DNA from: Nitrospirota bacterium
GTDB taxonomy: Bacteria > Nitrospirota > Thermodesulfovibrionia > Thermodesulfovibrionales > SM23-35
Direction of reading: 5' to 3'
Length of the DNA stretch: 64,000 nucleotides
NCBI GenBank assembly: GCA_040753955.1
Contig: JBFMDQ010000004.1
Location: 5,889-69,888, forward strand
A program made the translations under genes and the position numbers. Below, one piece after another: positions 9,721 to 19,892 of the stretch (positions within the stretch are counted from its first letter, which is position 1; every line of letters begins with the position of its first letter). The notes beneath the pieces were generated by a model, which searched no databases, was not told the DNA's origin, and saw nothing but the letters and a program-made list of their open reading frames with translations.

Positions 9721-10557
9721 ATGAGGTTTCTCATTACCGGTGCAAAGGGGCAACTTGCGGGAGGGTTTCTAAGAACGCTACAAAATGATAAACATGAAAT
9801 AACGGCCCTGAACAAAGAAAGACTGGATGTTTCTGTTCTTAGTACTGTTTTAGAGGCAGTTTCACACTATAGACCTGATGTTGTTATTAATTGTGCTGCC
9901 TACAATTTTGTCGATAAGGCCGAAGAGGATTTTGATACCGCCTTCAGAGTAAATGCCATGGGACCTAAAAACTTAGCATCTGCCTGTAAAAAACATAACG
10001 TCCTTTTGATCCACTATAGTACAGATTATGTCTTTGATGGGAAAAAAGAGGATTTTTACACAGAACAGGATGAGCCAAACCCAATTAACAAATATGGCAA
10101 GAGCAAATTAGAGGGTGAAAGATTTCTAATAGAGGAAACAGATAACTTCTTATTATTCAGGGTTAGCTGGGTATTTGGGGAGGGCAGGCAGAATTTCCTT
10201 TACAAACTAAAAGAGTGGGTAAAGGAACAGAGAATTATAAAGGTGGTTTGCGATCAGACCTCTATACCTACGTACACAGAGGACATTGTGAGATTTACGA
10301 TCCATGCCATCGATGAAGGACTAAGAGGGGTGTACCATCTAACAAACAGTGGATATGCCTCCCGATATGAAGTTGCACGCTATTTTACTGAAAGACTTGG
10401 CCTTAATAATTTAATACTTCCTGTAGGCTCAGACCATTTCCCCGCACCAGCTAAAAGACCTTACTTTTCTGCAATGTCCAATGCTAAAATTTCAAAGGCA
10501 TTAAAAATTGACATTCCCCACTGGAAGGATGCTGTTAATAGGTTTATTAAAAGGTAA
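9721..10557 (+). CDS. rfbD: dTDP-4-dehydrorhamnose reductase
   Basis: MRFLITGAKGQLA Rossmann N-terminus, RmlD-like length. The ORF-track start at 9679 lies inside the terminal repeat of an intergenic element, so ATG 9721 is preferred. Confidence 0.9.
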   Translation: MRFLITGAKGQLAGGFLRTLQNDKHEITALNKERLDVSVLSTVLEAVSHYRPDVVINCAAYNFVDKAEEDFDTAFRVNAMGPKNLASACKKHNVLLIHYSTDYVFDGKKEDFYTEQDEPNPINKYGKSKLEGERFLIEETDNFLLFRVSWVFGEGRQNFLYKLKEWVKEQRIIKVVCDQTSIPTYTEDIVRFTIHAIDEGLRGVYHLTNSGYASRYEVARYFTERLGLNNLILPVGSDHFPAPAKRPYFSAMSNAKISKALKIDIPHWKDAVNRFIKR

Positions 10558-10567
10558 CCTTTCAACC

Positions 10568-10593
10568 GTCATTCCCACGAAAGTGGAAATGAC
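10568..10593. repeat. minimal GTCATT...AATGAC hairpin (rfbD-rfbB spacer)
   Basis: GTCATTCCCACGAAAGTGGAAATGAC, which is the termini only. Confidence 0.7.
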
Positions 10594-10648
10594 AAAAGAG
10601 AGGGAACGAAAACAATTAAAAGTAAAAATTAAAAGACCGGTGAATTGA

Positions 10649-11605
10649 ATGAAAAAGCTTCTTGTTACAGGTGGAGCTGGCTTTATAGGAAGTGAATTTG
10701 TCAGACAGGGAGTCAAGCATGGATATGAGATAGTAGTGGTTGATAAGCTCACATATGCCGGGGATTTAAGGAGAATAAAGGAGGTTGAGAAGGAGATAAC
10801 TTTTTATAGAGCGGACATTTCAAATAAAGAATCTTTGGAGTATATTTTTGCTAAAGAAAAACCAGATTCTGTCATACACTGGGCAGCAGAAAGTCATGTT
10901 GATAGAAGCATATGGGATGCCTCACCCTTTTTAGAGACAAACGTAAAGGGGGCCCAGATTTTGCTTGAGATTTCTAAGCGTTATCGAATAGAGAGATTCA
11001 TAAACATATCAACGGATGAAGTATATGGAGAACTTAAGGGCAGAGGTAATTTTTATGAAACATCCCCTCTAAATCCCAATTCTCCCTATTCAGCAACCAA
11101 GGCTTCTGCTGACATGTTAGCAAGGGCCTATTTTAGGACCTATGGTGTGCCCGTGATAACAGTGAGGCCATCAAATACCTATGGTCCATTCCAGTATCCC
11201 GAAAAACTCATTCCCGTAGTTATCAGCAGGGCAATAGACAATAAGCCCGTCCCTGTATATGCAAAAGGTAAAAATGTGAGGGAGTGGCTCTATGTGGAGG
11301 ATTGTGTAAGTGGCACTTATGCTGTGCTGGAGAAGGGAAAGATCGGGGAAATTTACAATTTAGGGAGCGGACAGGAGAGGAGAAATATAGATGTAGTAAG
11401 GAGGATTCTTTTTATCCTCGGTAAATCCGAGAGCTTGATAGAGTTTGTTCAGGACAGACCAGGGCATGACTTCAGATACAGTTTGAACTCGGAGAAGATA
11501 AAAAATGAACTTGGCTTTGAGGCTGAAACAGGATTTTATGAGGGATTAGAAAAGACCATCCGATGGTATGTGGATAATGAATGGTGGTGGAGAAGGCTCC
11601 TGTAA
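10649..11605 (+). CDS. rfbB: dTDP-glucose 4,6-dehydratase
   Basis: GGAGFIGS, STDEVYG and YSATKASAD (YxxxK) SDR motifs. Confidence 0.95.
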   Translation: MKKLLVTGGAGFIGSEFVRQGVKHGYEIVVVDKLTYAGDLRRIKEVEKEITFYRADISNKESLEYIFAKEKPDSVIHWAAESHVDRSIWDASPFLETNVKGAQILLEISKRYRIERFINISTDEVYGELKGRGNFYETSPLNPNSPYSATKASADMLARAYFRTYGVPVITVRPSNTYGPFQYPEKLIPVVISRAIDNKPVPVYAKGKNVREWLYVEDCVSGTYAVLEKGKIGEIYNLGSGQERRNIDVVRRILFILGKSESLIEFVQDRPGHDFRYSLNSEKIKNELGFEAETGFYEGLEKTIRWYVDNEWWWRRLL

Positions 11606-11606
11606 G

Positions 11607-12722
11607 ATGAGACTTGCATTTATAAAAAAGAGTTTCTCTATTCACGGCGGGGCAGAAAGGTACCTCCAAGCACTCGTAACAAATTTAAAAAGTGCAGGCC
11701 ATGAAATACACATCTTTGCAAATCAATGGTCAGGAGAAAATGGTATTTTTTTTCACAAAGTCGACACCCTATCCCTTAGTTCATTTCTCTCTGTTATAAC
11801 TTTTAATAAAAATGTTAAAAGGGCAATCAAGAAAGATAGTAGACCTGACTGTTTGATAAGTTTTGAACGAACTACCTGTCAGGATATATATAGAGCTGGG
11901 GAAGGGTGCCATTCAGAATGGCTTGAAATAAGATCAAAATTTGAGCCTCTCTACAAAAGATTGTCATTCAAAATAAATCCCCTTCATACCTCCCTGATCA
12001 ATCTGGAAAAGAGACTTTTCTCTAATACCAGACTTATACTTGCCAATTCAAAAATGGTAAAGGAGCAGATTATAAAACACTATGCCGTCCCGGAGGAAAG
12101 GATAACTGTAATTTATAACGGAGTTGATTTGATGAGGTTTTCCCCAGAAAATAAAGACAAATGGCATAGGGATGTAAGAAGGAGTCTTAACATATCAAAT
12201 GATCCAAAGGTGTTGCTCTTTGTTGGCTCTGGCTTCAAAAGAAAGGGGCTAAAAACCCTTATAAATGCTATCCCTATAATAAAAAGAGAGGATATTAAAG
12301 CTCTGATTATCGGCAAGGGTGATGTGAACGAATACAAGACCTTGGCAGAAAAGTACGGTATCTCTGATAAAATCATCTTCCTTGGAGCTCAAAAAGAGAT
12401 AGAAAAATTCTATGCAGCAGCAGACCTTTTTATATTGCCAACCCTTTATGATCCATTTAGCAATGCTACCTTAGAGGCAATGGCATCAGGTCTTCCTGTA
12501 ATTACAACAAGAAATAACGGGATGGCTGAACTCATAGAAAACGGACATGAGGGCTTTGTTCTGGATAACCTTTTCGATGCACAGGAATTAGCTGATAAGA
12601 TATCTCTCTCCTTAGGCAATATTGCACATGTGGGAGAAAAGGCAAGAAAAAAGGCAGAGAAATTTCCCATAGAAAAAGCTGCCTGTGAATTCATGGAGAT
12701 CATAAAGCAAGCTGTAAAATAA
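11607..12722 (+). CDS. GT4 glycosyltransferase (RfaG/WaaG-like)
   Basis: GT-B GT4 pattern: HGGAERY N-terminus, FVGSGFKRKGL, and the EX7E region PTLYDPFSNATLEAMASGLPVITT. Start set to ATG 11607 (MRLAFIKK), just after the rfbB stop. Confidence 0.8.
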   Translation: MRLAFIKKSFSIHGGAERYLQALVTNLKSAGHEIHIFANQWSGENGIFFHKVDTLSLSSFLSVITFNKNVKRAIKKDSRPDCLISFERTTCQDIYRAGEGCHSEWLEIRSKFEPLYKRLSFKINPLHTSLINLEKRLFSNTRLILANSKMVKEQIIKHYAVPEERITVIYNGVDLMRFSPENKDKWHRDVRRSLNISNDPKVLLFVGSGFKRKGLKTLINAIPIIKREDIKALIIGKGDVNEYKTLAEKYGISDKIIFLGAQKEIEKFYAAADLFILPTLYDPFSNATLEAMASGLPVITTRNNGMAELIENGHEGFVLDNLFDAQELADKISLSLGNIAHVGEKARKKAEKFPIEKAACEFMEIIKQAVK

Positions 12723-12729
12723 TTCATAA

Positions 12730-13812
12730 ATGCTTACCATACTTCATACAGAGGCATCACTGGGCTGGGGAGGTCAGGAGATCAGGATTCTTCATGAATC
12801 TCTGGGTATGATAAAAAGAGGATATAAGGTTTTAGTTGCCTCACCTGGAGAGAGTACTATTTCTAAAAAGGCAAAGGAAGCCGGCATAAATGTCTCACCT
12901 GTATATTTTCAGAAAAGGAATCCAACTTCTATATTAAAAATGGTCTCATTGCTTAATAGAGAAAAATTCAACATCATCAATACTCATAGCTCTTCTGATA
13001 GCTGGGTTGCAACTATAGCAGCAAAAATATCTCCAAACAAACCGAAGATTATCAGAACCAGACATCTTTCTACACCCATAAGTAACTCATTTCTCAGTCG
13101 TTTAATCTATGACATATTGCCCGATGCTTTGGTTACCACAGGTGAGTCTATAAGAGAGAGAATGATAAATTACAATAGATTTGATGCCTCAAAGATTTAC
13201 TTAATCCCTACGGGCATAGACTTGAAGCAATTCGACCCTGCAAGAGTAAGGCGTGCATTTTACACAGATTGCTTTTCCGTTGGGATGGTTGGTGTATTAA
13301 GAAGCTGGAAAGGCCACAGATATTTTCTCGAAGCAATTCCCATTATACTAAAACAAATACCTGATGCATATTTTTATATAGTAGGCGATGGACCTCAAAG
13401 GGAAAACATTACAAATCTCATTAAAAAACTTAATTTACAGGAGAAGGTCGTTTTACTCGGTCACAGAGAAGATATTCCTGAAATAATGGCATCTCTTGAT
13501 GTTATTGTCCACCCTTCATATGCAAATGAGGGTGTTCCTCAGTCAATACTTCAAGCTATGGCAATGGAGAAACCCGTGGTAGCCTCTGATGCAGGGTCTA
13601 TAAAAGAGGTTGTCATAAATAAAGAGACAGGTTTTCTCACAAAGCCTAAAAATCCAGAACAGCTTGCAGAAAAGGTTATTGAGCTTTACAAACATCCTGA
13701 ATACAAAAAAGAATTCGGGAAGAAAGGCAGAAAACTCGTTGGGGAGAATTATTCCTTAGAAGACATGCTTGATAAAATAGAATCACTATATAAGAAGCTT
13801 TTAAACCATTAA
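12730..13812 (+). CDS. GT4 glycosyltransferase
   Basis: WGGQEIRIL N-terminus and PSYANEGVPQSILQAMAMEKPVVASD EX7E-type motif. Confidence 0.85.
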   Translation: MLTILHTEASLGWGGQEIRILHESLGMIKRGYKVLVASPGESTISKKAKEAGINVSPVYFQKRNPTSILKMVSLLNREKFNIINTHSSSDSWVATIAAKISPNKPKIIRTRHLSTPISNSFLSRLIYDILPDALVTTGESIRERMINYNRFDASKIYLIPTGIDLKQFDPARVRRAFYTDCFSVGMVGVLRSWKGHRYFLEAIPIILKQIPDAYFYIVGDGPQRENITNLIKKLNLQEKVVLLGHREDIPEIMASLDVIVHPSYANEGVPQSILQAMAMEKPVVASDAGSIKEVVINKETGFLTKPKNPEQLAEKVIELYKHPEYKKEFGKKGRKLVGENYSLEDMLDKIESLYKKLLNH

Positions 13813-13824
13813 GAATAGTTTAGA

Positions 13825-14811
13825 ATGAAGATTCTTCTTTCGGTTCCCGGACATTTAAAGACTGTGCCGATGAATGATTATGTATTCAGAACTCTGAAAG
13901 AAATGGGGCATGAAGTAAGGCTTTTTAATTTTGGTGCTCATGGATTCTATCAACAAATTCTCAAAAAAATCTCTGAAGAGAGGTTTTTTAGTTACATAAA
14001 CAGGAAAGTTGAAGGATTAGTGAACAATTTCAGGCCCGATGTATTCTTTACAATCTGTGGATTTGATCATGGGAGAACAAGTATAGAATACATAAAGAAT
14101 AAATGTGTCCTTACAATCTGCTGGTGGCTTAATGACCCTTTCCAGCTTAAGAGGTCATTAAGACAAGCAGCCTTTTATGACTATTACTTTACAAATTCAA
14201 AGGGAACGATTAAAGATTACTATGCTAACAACATAAAAAATGTCTTCTATCTGCCTGTAGGCTGTTATCCACCTGTTCACCGAAAACTCATGAATGAAGA
14301 TAATAGATATGATGTCTGCTTTGCAGGTGATTGGCATCATGTGCGAGAAGAGATATTAAGTTCTCTTGCGCAGGACTTCGATGTCTCGATTTTCGGCCCG
14401 TGGAAGAAAAAAATAAACAAAAATTCCCATCTCACAAAAAATGTGGTAAGAGATGGATTCTTTTCACCTGAAGAGATGGTAAATATATTCAACCAATCAA
14501 AGATTATACTTAACATCCATACATGGCTTGGAAAATGGGACTATGGTATAAACCCCCGTATATTTGAGGCAAATGGCTGTGGTGCATTTCAGGTCTCTGA
14601 TTATAAAGAAGAGATACCTGAACTTTATGAGCCCGAGAGGGAAATTGTTCTTTATAAAAACACAGGGGAACTCAGAGAAAAAATATCCTTTTTTCTCACC
14701 CACGACAAAGAGAGGATTGATATAGCAGAAAAGGGTCTTCTAAAAACATTGAGATACCATACATATGAACAGAGACTTAGGGAGATGTTCCAAATTGCCC
14801 GCCTTGAATGA
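13825..14811 (+). CDS. CgeB-like glycosyltransferase (Glyco_trans_1_2-type C-terminal domain)
   Basis: C-terminal NPRIFEANGCGAFQVSDY...YHTYEQRLREMF resembles the CgeB/DUF3880-type family. Paralogous C-termini occur at 24139-25098 and 20679-21713. Confidence 0.6.
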   Translation: MKILLSVPGHLKTVPMNDYVFRTLKEMGHEVRLFNFGAHGFYQQILKKISEERFFSYINRKVEGLVNNFRPDVFFTICGFDHGRTSIEYIKNKCVLTICWWLNDPFQLKRSLRQAAFYDYYFTNSKGTIKDYYANNIKNVFYLPVGCYPPVHRKLMNEDNRYDVCFAGDWHHVREEILSSLAQDFDVSIFGPWKKKINKNSHLTKNVVRDGFFSPEEMVNIFNQSKIILNIHTWLGKWDYGINPRIFEANGCGAFQVSDYKEEIPELYEPEREIVLYKNTGELREKISFFLTHDKERIDIAEKGLLKTLRYHTYEQRLREMFQIARLE

Positions 14812-15614
14812 TTAAAGATTTCCGTAATTATCACAGTCTTTGATGGAGTTTGCGTTTTCTAAAGAATATCAAAAATAGTTATTTTTAACAGTTTTTGCTA
14901 AACTAAAATATTCTTTATTTATGCTATTTAAACTGCATTTAGGTATATATATCGTTGCTGTCCAAGATATTTTGAAATATGGTTCTCTTATTTTGGACAA
15001 GTCTTTATTATATATATTAAACAATGGGCTTTTTATGCCCCTTTAAAAAAATTATTTGCAATGCATGAATTCAAAGACGTTAAAAAAATCCTTGTTATAA
15101 AACTCAGGCACATTGGAGATGTCGTTCTTTCCATACCTGTGTTCAGGGCTTTACGTGAAAATTTTCCAAAAGCGCATATTTCAGCCTTTGTGAATTCAGG
15201 TACAGAGGATGTACTGACAGGGAATACACTTATTGATGAGATAATAGTATTTGATAGAAATATCAAAAAGATGAATCCTTTGCAGAGATATATTAACGAG
15301 CTACTATTCTTGAAATCAGTTAGGAGGAGAAAATTTGATATGACAGTTGACCTCACAAGTGGAGACAGGGCGGCGATAATATCCCTTGTTTCAGGTGCAA
15401 AGTACAGGCTTGCATACGATCCTGGCAAAGACGGGTTTTTGGGAAAGAAATATCTTTATACCCATCTTGCAAAGAAGGATGGTAGTCAGCATATGGTACT
15501 ACAGAATCTTGGCGTTGTCAGGCATTTTGGAATAAACACAGAAAATCTTTCTGTAGATTTTCATATTCCAGAAAAAGACAGGGTCTGGATTAGAAAAGTC
15601 CTTGAAGAAAATAA

Positions 15615-15653
15615 CCCCCCCTTACCCCCCTTTACTAAAGGGGGGACGGGGGG
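15615..15653. repeat. polyC/polyG palindrome (39-bp variant) at the first frame break of the GT9 gene
   Basis: Structure C7-TTA-C6-TTTACTAAA-G6-AC-G6. Frame-1 reading is NPPLPPFTKGGTGG*. Confidence 0.85.
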
Positions 15654-15840
15654 TTAAGGAATACTGTTGTACACGTTCATCCGACATCAAGGTGGCTATT
15701 CAAATGCTGGAAAGATGAGTATATGTCAGAAGTGATAAGCTGGCTTGTTGAACAGGGGGTAAAGGTAACAGTGACATCCTCGCCTGATAAAAGAGAAATG
15801 GAAAAAGCAAAGAGAATTTTGTCTTTAATCTCCGAATTTA

Positions 15841-15883
15841 CCCCCCCTTTGCCCCCCCTTGGCAAGGGGGGGCAAAGGGGGGG
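15841..15883. repeat. 43-bp perfect nested polyC/polyG palindrome at the second frame break of the GT9 gene
   Basis: Structure C7-TTTG-C7-TTGGCAA-G7-CAAA-G7. Reading is TPPLPPLGKGGQRGGN* (frame 0) or ARGGKGGVI (frame 1). Confidence 0.9.
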
Positions 15884-16189
15884 TAATTGACCTGTGTGGT
15901 CAAACTACCATAAAACAACTTGCTGCAATCTCAGAGGCATCTGACCTATTTCTTGGAGTTGATTCTGCTCCGATGCATATAGCGGCTGCTGTAGGGACAT
16001 CTGTTATCGCCCTTTTTGGTCCGACAGGTGAGGCCCAGTGGGGGCCATGGGGAGACAGGCATGTGGTTTTAAACAAGATAGAGTCGTGCACTGATTGCAA
16101 GTTTGACGTATGCGAGAATGCCGGCGTAAGGAAATGTCTTGAAATTATAACGGTGGAGGAAGTTATTACTGCCATTACAAAGATATTGA

Positions 16190-17290
16190 ATGGATAAAAA
16201 CTTTACAAACCTGATAGTTAAAGCTATTATAACTATCTCACAGAAACTAAATATTCCTGCAAGAAATGTAAGAAATCCCACTTCTCCATCTTTTCTCATA
16301 ATTTGTCAAACAAGGGTTGGAGACACTGTATTTTCGTTGCCAGCTATTAGGGCCTTACGGGAAGAGTTTCCGCAAAGCTATATTGGAATATTAACAAACT
16401 ATGTAGGGTTGGAGATATTTAAACATAATCCAGATATTAATGATATTTTTGTCCTTAAAAAGGAAGGAATATGTATTTATCATCTCTTTCCGTCTTAAAA
16501 CTGATGAGAAAGAAGCATATAGATACTGTATTTGTATTCAATGCCGTTGACCGCATTATATGGCCATTATGCTTTTTTACCGGTGCATCGCAGATAGTCG
16601 GCTTGCATGGGCAGAATAAGGGACTTGATTTCCTCCTCACACATATTGTTCATCTGCCAGAAGGGTTACATGCTGCAGAATGGAGACTTAAATTGCTTGA
16701 GCAGATAGGCATTATAAAATCCAGTGCAGCAGCTTCAATTTATCTATCTCAAGATGAGAAAGAACAGATGAGGCAATTTTTATGTAACAATGGCATATCA
16801 GAGAAAAAGCCATTAATTGGGTTTCACCCCGGCGCAGATGGTTTATATAGATGCTGGCCTGCTGAAAAATTCATAGAGGCTGGTAATATATTAACAGAAA
16901 GATTAAGTGCACAAATCGTTATTACAGGGGGGCCTGGCGAAGGAGATTGGCTAATATAATTGCTTCTGCGATAAAAGGCGCTATATCTTTTGCTGGAGAG
17001 CTCTCTTTAAGAGATACTATTGCGCTTATAGAGAGAATGGATTTGTTTATTGTCGGCGACACTGGCCCTATGCATATAGCAGATGCACTAAGAACGCCAA
17101 TGATAACCCTCTTTTGTCCTTCCGAGCCCAAAATAACCGGGCCTTATCACGCAGAGAAGGCAATAATAGTAAAAAAACCATGCCGTGTAATCCGTGTAAA
17201 TTAACTAATTGTAATAATAATTTTTGTATGGAGCAAATAACTGTAGAAGAAGTTGTTAATCACGCCAGAAGATTACTGTGTAAAGAGTAG
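16190..17290 (+). pseudogene. decayed GT9 heptosyltransferase-family paralog (three frameshifts)
   Basis: Four collinear fragments in frames 2,1,0,2 (16190-16498, 16471-16959, 16947-17204, 17171-17290). They align end to end with the intact neighbour 17295-18422, e.g. DRIIWPLCFFTGASQIVGLHGQNKGLDF vs DRIIWPISFLTGAAEIIGIEGQNKGLDF and CMEQITVEEV vs CMEQIKVEEV. Confidence 0.8.
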
Positions 17291-17294
17291 AGCC

Positions 17295-18422
17295 ATGAGA
17301 AAATTACATCAAAAAACCAAAAATTTCGCAATTAAAACAGTTATAAATCTGATAAAACAGATGAATCTTGTTGACATAAATTATTGTGCAGTACCATCCA
17401 AATTCCTTGTTATCAGTACTACTGGCATCGGAGATACACTATGGGGAACTCCTGCAATCAGGGCATTAAAGGAAACCTATCCCGAATGTTATATAGGAGT
17501 TCTGACAAACCCTGCAGGATTTGAGCTCCTTCGGGAGAATCCGAACATAGATGGGCTGTTCATTTTCAGAAGGGGATTAAAGGGAATTCTTTCATTACCA
17601 ATCCTGTTAAGGGCACTCAGACAGAAAAGGTTTGAAATAGTTTTTATATTTCATGCCTCTGACCGTATTATATGGCCAATAAGTTTTTTAACAGGAGCAG
17701 CCGAAATCATTGGCATTGAAGGACAGAACAAGGGGCTTGATTTTGTGCTTACACGGAGACTCGCACCACAGAATAATATACATGGTATAGAGGCAAGATT
17801 AAACCTTATTAATTTGATAGGAGCCGAAACTTCTAATAAGAGCATCTCTATTTATTTAACAGAGAAAGACAGAGAGACAGCTGAAAGATTTTTAAGAGAT
17901 AATGGTATTACTCAGGATACATTATTAGTGGGTCTTCATCCGGCTGCACAGAAGCCTTTTAAATGCTGGCCTCAGGAGAATTTTATAACTCTTGGGAATA
18001 CACTTACAGAAAGATTTAAATGCAGAATTATAATAACCGGTGACTCTGGGGAAAAGGCACTGGCTGATATGGTATCTTTAAAAATAAATGATTCAATCAC
18101 TTTCGCAGGGAAATTAACTATCAGAGAGACCGCAGCATTGATAGAAAGATTGAATATATTTATTACCAATGATACAGGTCCCATGCATATTGCATTTGCC
18201 CTGAAAACACCCACTATAGCCCTCTTTTGCCCGACAGACCCCAAGCTCTGTGGTCCTTATCATACAGAAAGAGTTGTTATAATAGAAAAACCAAAGACAT
18301 GCAATCCATGCATCGGGAAAAAATGTGATACCCCCAGATGTATGGAGCAAATTAAAGTTGAAGAGGTACTGGAATCAGTGAAATCTTTATTAAACTCAAA
18401 GATCAGGGACAATATAAAATGA
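17295..18422 (+). CDS. GT9 glycosyltransferase (heptosyltransferase family), intact
   Basis: GIGDTLWGTPAIRAL N-domain, NDTGPMHIAFALKTPTIALFCPT C-domain, CNPCIGKKCDTPRCM tail. ATG 17295 chosen because the ORF-track TTG at 17253 overlaps the pseudogene tail. Confidence 0.8.
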   Translation: MRKLHQKTKNFAIKTVINLIKQMNLVDINYCAVPSKFLVISTTGIGDTLWGTPAIRALKETYPECYIGVLTNPAGFELLRENPNIDGLFIFRRGLKGILSLPILLRALRQKRFEIVFIFHASDRIIWPISFLTGAAEIIGIEGQNKGLDFVLTRRLAPQNNIHGIEARLNLINLIGAETSNKSISIYLTEKDRETAERFLRDNGITQDTLLVGLHPAAQKPFKCWPQENFITLGNTLTERFKCRIIITGDSGEKALADMVSLKINDSITFAGKLTIRETAALIERLNIFITNDTGPMHIAFALKTPTIALFCPTDPKLCGPYHTERVVIIEKPKTCNPCIGKKCDTPRCMEQIKVEEVLESVKSLLNSKIRDNIK

Positions 18423-19891
18423 CTGAAAAAGTGACCCCGCCAAAAGAAATCAGAAGCGGATTTCCGAGGGTAAGCATCATAATACTCAACTGGAACAAAC
18501 TCGAATACCTGAAACAGTGCATTGAGAATGCTGTCAAAAATACCGATTATCCAAATTATGAGATTATCGTCCTCGATAATGCTTCGACTGAAACCGGCAC
18601 AAGAGAGTATCTTGAATCCCTGCCTTATATATCTATTATGAGTCCAGTAAATCTCGGGTTTGGAAAAGGCAATAATAAGGCTGCAAGGGCAGCTTCAGGT
18701 GAATATCTGCTTTTGCTAAATAATGATACAATTCCAAAACATGACTGGCTTACGCCAATGGTTGACCTGATGTTGAATACTCCCGGATGCGGTATTGTCG
18801 GAAGCAAGCTTCTATATCCTGACGGGACAATTCAGCACATAGGAGTATATATGGATTTTAAGGGAAGGAGAAAACACTATTTTAAAAAGTATCCTGCTAA
18901 TATCCCAGAAGCACTCGAAGTCAGAGAATGCGAGGCAGTTACCGCAGCATGTCTGCTTATTAAAAAATCTGTTTTCGAAAAAGTCGGTGGCTTTGATGAA
19001 CGATATATCCAGGGAGTCGAGGATATGGACCTCTGCTTAAAAGTCAGAGAATTAGGTTATAAGATATTTTTCTGTCCACATAGTGTTTTAATCCACTTTG
19101 AAGGTTCGAGCATGAAGGATATGGTGGACAAACAGCGAAAAAAAAATAAGAAAAGAAACGACAGGAACAATGAAAAGATTTTCCATAAAAAATGGGGCAA
19201 AAAAATTGATAGCTTCATGCTTGAGCTTCATCCGTGGAAATTCAAGTCATACTCTTATTACACCAGAGAATTCTCACATATCGTAAACTTGATCCCCCCT
19301 ACCGCAAAAAACATACTTGATGTTGGCTGCGGGGCAGGATTGTGCGGCAAAGAAATACGAGGAGCCGGCATTCGTGGAAATATAGTAGGTATAGAAATAA
19401 ACCCGGTTGTTGCCAAAGACGCTGAAATGCATATGGACAGGGTTATTGTGGGAGATGTTGAGAACCTTGATATACCGGGAGACACCAAATTTGATTGTAT
19501 TATATTAGGCGACATTCTGGAGCATCTTATAGACCCATGGACGATACTAAGGAAATTAAGTGAATGTTTATCGGAAGACGGGATTGTCATTGCGAGCATT
19601 CCGAATATCCGGCATTACAAAATAATAAAAGACATTCTCAGGGACAGATGGTTTTATCGTAAAGACGGGATTTTGGACGGCGGACACCTGAGATTCTTTG
19701 GCATCTCTACAATAAAACACATGTTTTCTGTATCAAGGCTTGATATTGTTAAGACAGAGCGATTACAAAAGGCAGAAGGTTTTATGAAATTGCTGAACAA
19801 GATTTTAGCGGGCAAGCTGAATGAATTCCTGACTTATCAATACCTGATAGTGGCAAAGAGAAAAAAGACCATGGGTAACAGGGGATTTTAG
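18419..19891 (+). CDS. bifunctional GT2 glycosyltransferase / class I SAM-dependent methyltransferase
   Basis: N-terminal VSIIILNWNKLEYLKQCI..IIVLDNASTE..EDMDLC (GT2, DxD). C-terminal ILDVGCGAGLCG..ILGDILEHL (SAM-binding motif I and post-I). ATGA overlap with the preceding GT9 gene. Confidence 0.8.
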   Translation: MTEKVTPPKEIRSGFPRVSIIILNWNKLEYLKQCIENAVKNTDYPNYEIIVLDNASTETGTREYLESLPYISIMSPVNLGFGKGNNKAARAASGEYLLLLNNDTIPKHDWLTPMVDLMLNTPGCGIVGSKLLYPDGTIQHIGVYMDFKGRRKHYFKKYPANIPEALEVRECEAVTAACLLIKKSVFEKVGGFDERYIQGVEDMDLCLKVRELGYKIFFCPHSVLIHFEGSSMKDMVDKQRKKNKKRNDRNNEKIFHKKWGKKIDSFMLELHPWKFKSYSYYTREFSHIVNLIPPTAKNILDVGCGAGLCGKEIRGAGIRGNIVGIEINPVVAKDAEMHMDRVIVGDVENLDIPGDTKFDCIILGDILEHLIDPWTILRKLSECLSEDGIVIASIPNIRHYKIIKDILRDRWFYRKDGILDGGHLRFFGISTIKHMFSVSRLDIVKTERLQKAEGFMKLLNKILAGKLNEFLTYQYLIVAKRKKTMGNRGF

Positions 19892-19892
19892 C

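Larger units (their letters stand above)
15061..16197 (+). pseudogene. GT9 (heptosyltransferase-family) gene broken into three reading frames at two polyC/polyG palindromes
   Basis: Segment 1 (15061-15657, frame 1) is the GT9 N-domain KILVIKLRHIGDVVLSIPVFRAL. Segment 2 (15639-15890, frame 0) reads VVHVHPTSRWLFKCW..VKVTVTSSPDKREMEKA. Segment 3 (15859-16197, frame 1) reads DLCGQTTIKQLAAI..GVDSAPMHIAAAVGT..FGPT plus a Cys-rich tail. The frame switches coincide with the repeats at 15615-15653 and 15841-15883. Confidence 0.7.

Noticed and set aside
15841-15883. G-quadruplex or i-motif formation by the G/C tracts as their primary function.
   Set aside because: Each strand offers only two long G runs per element, and the perfect self-complementarity favours a hairpin or cruciform. 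There is no way to test this from sequence alone, so it is left as a side note.
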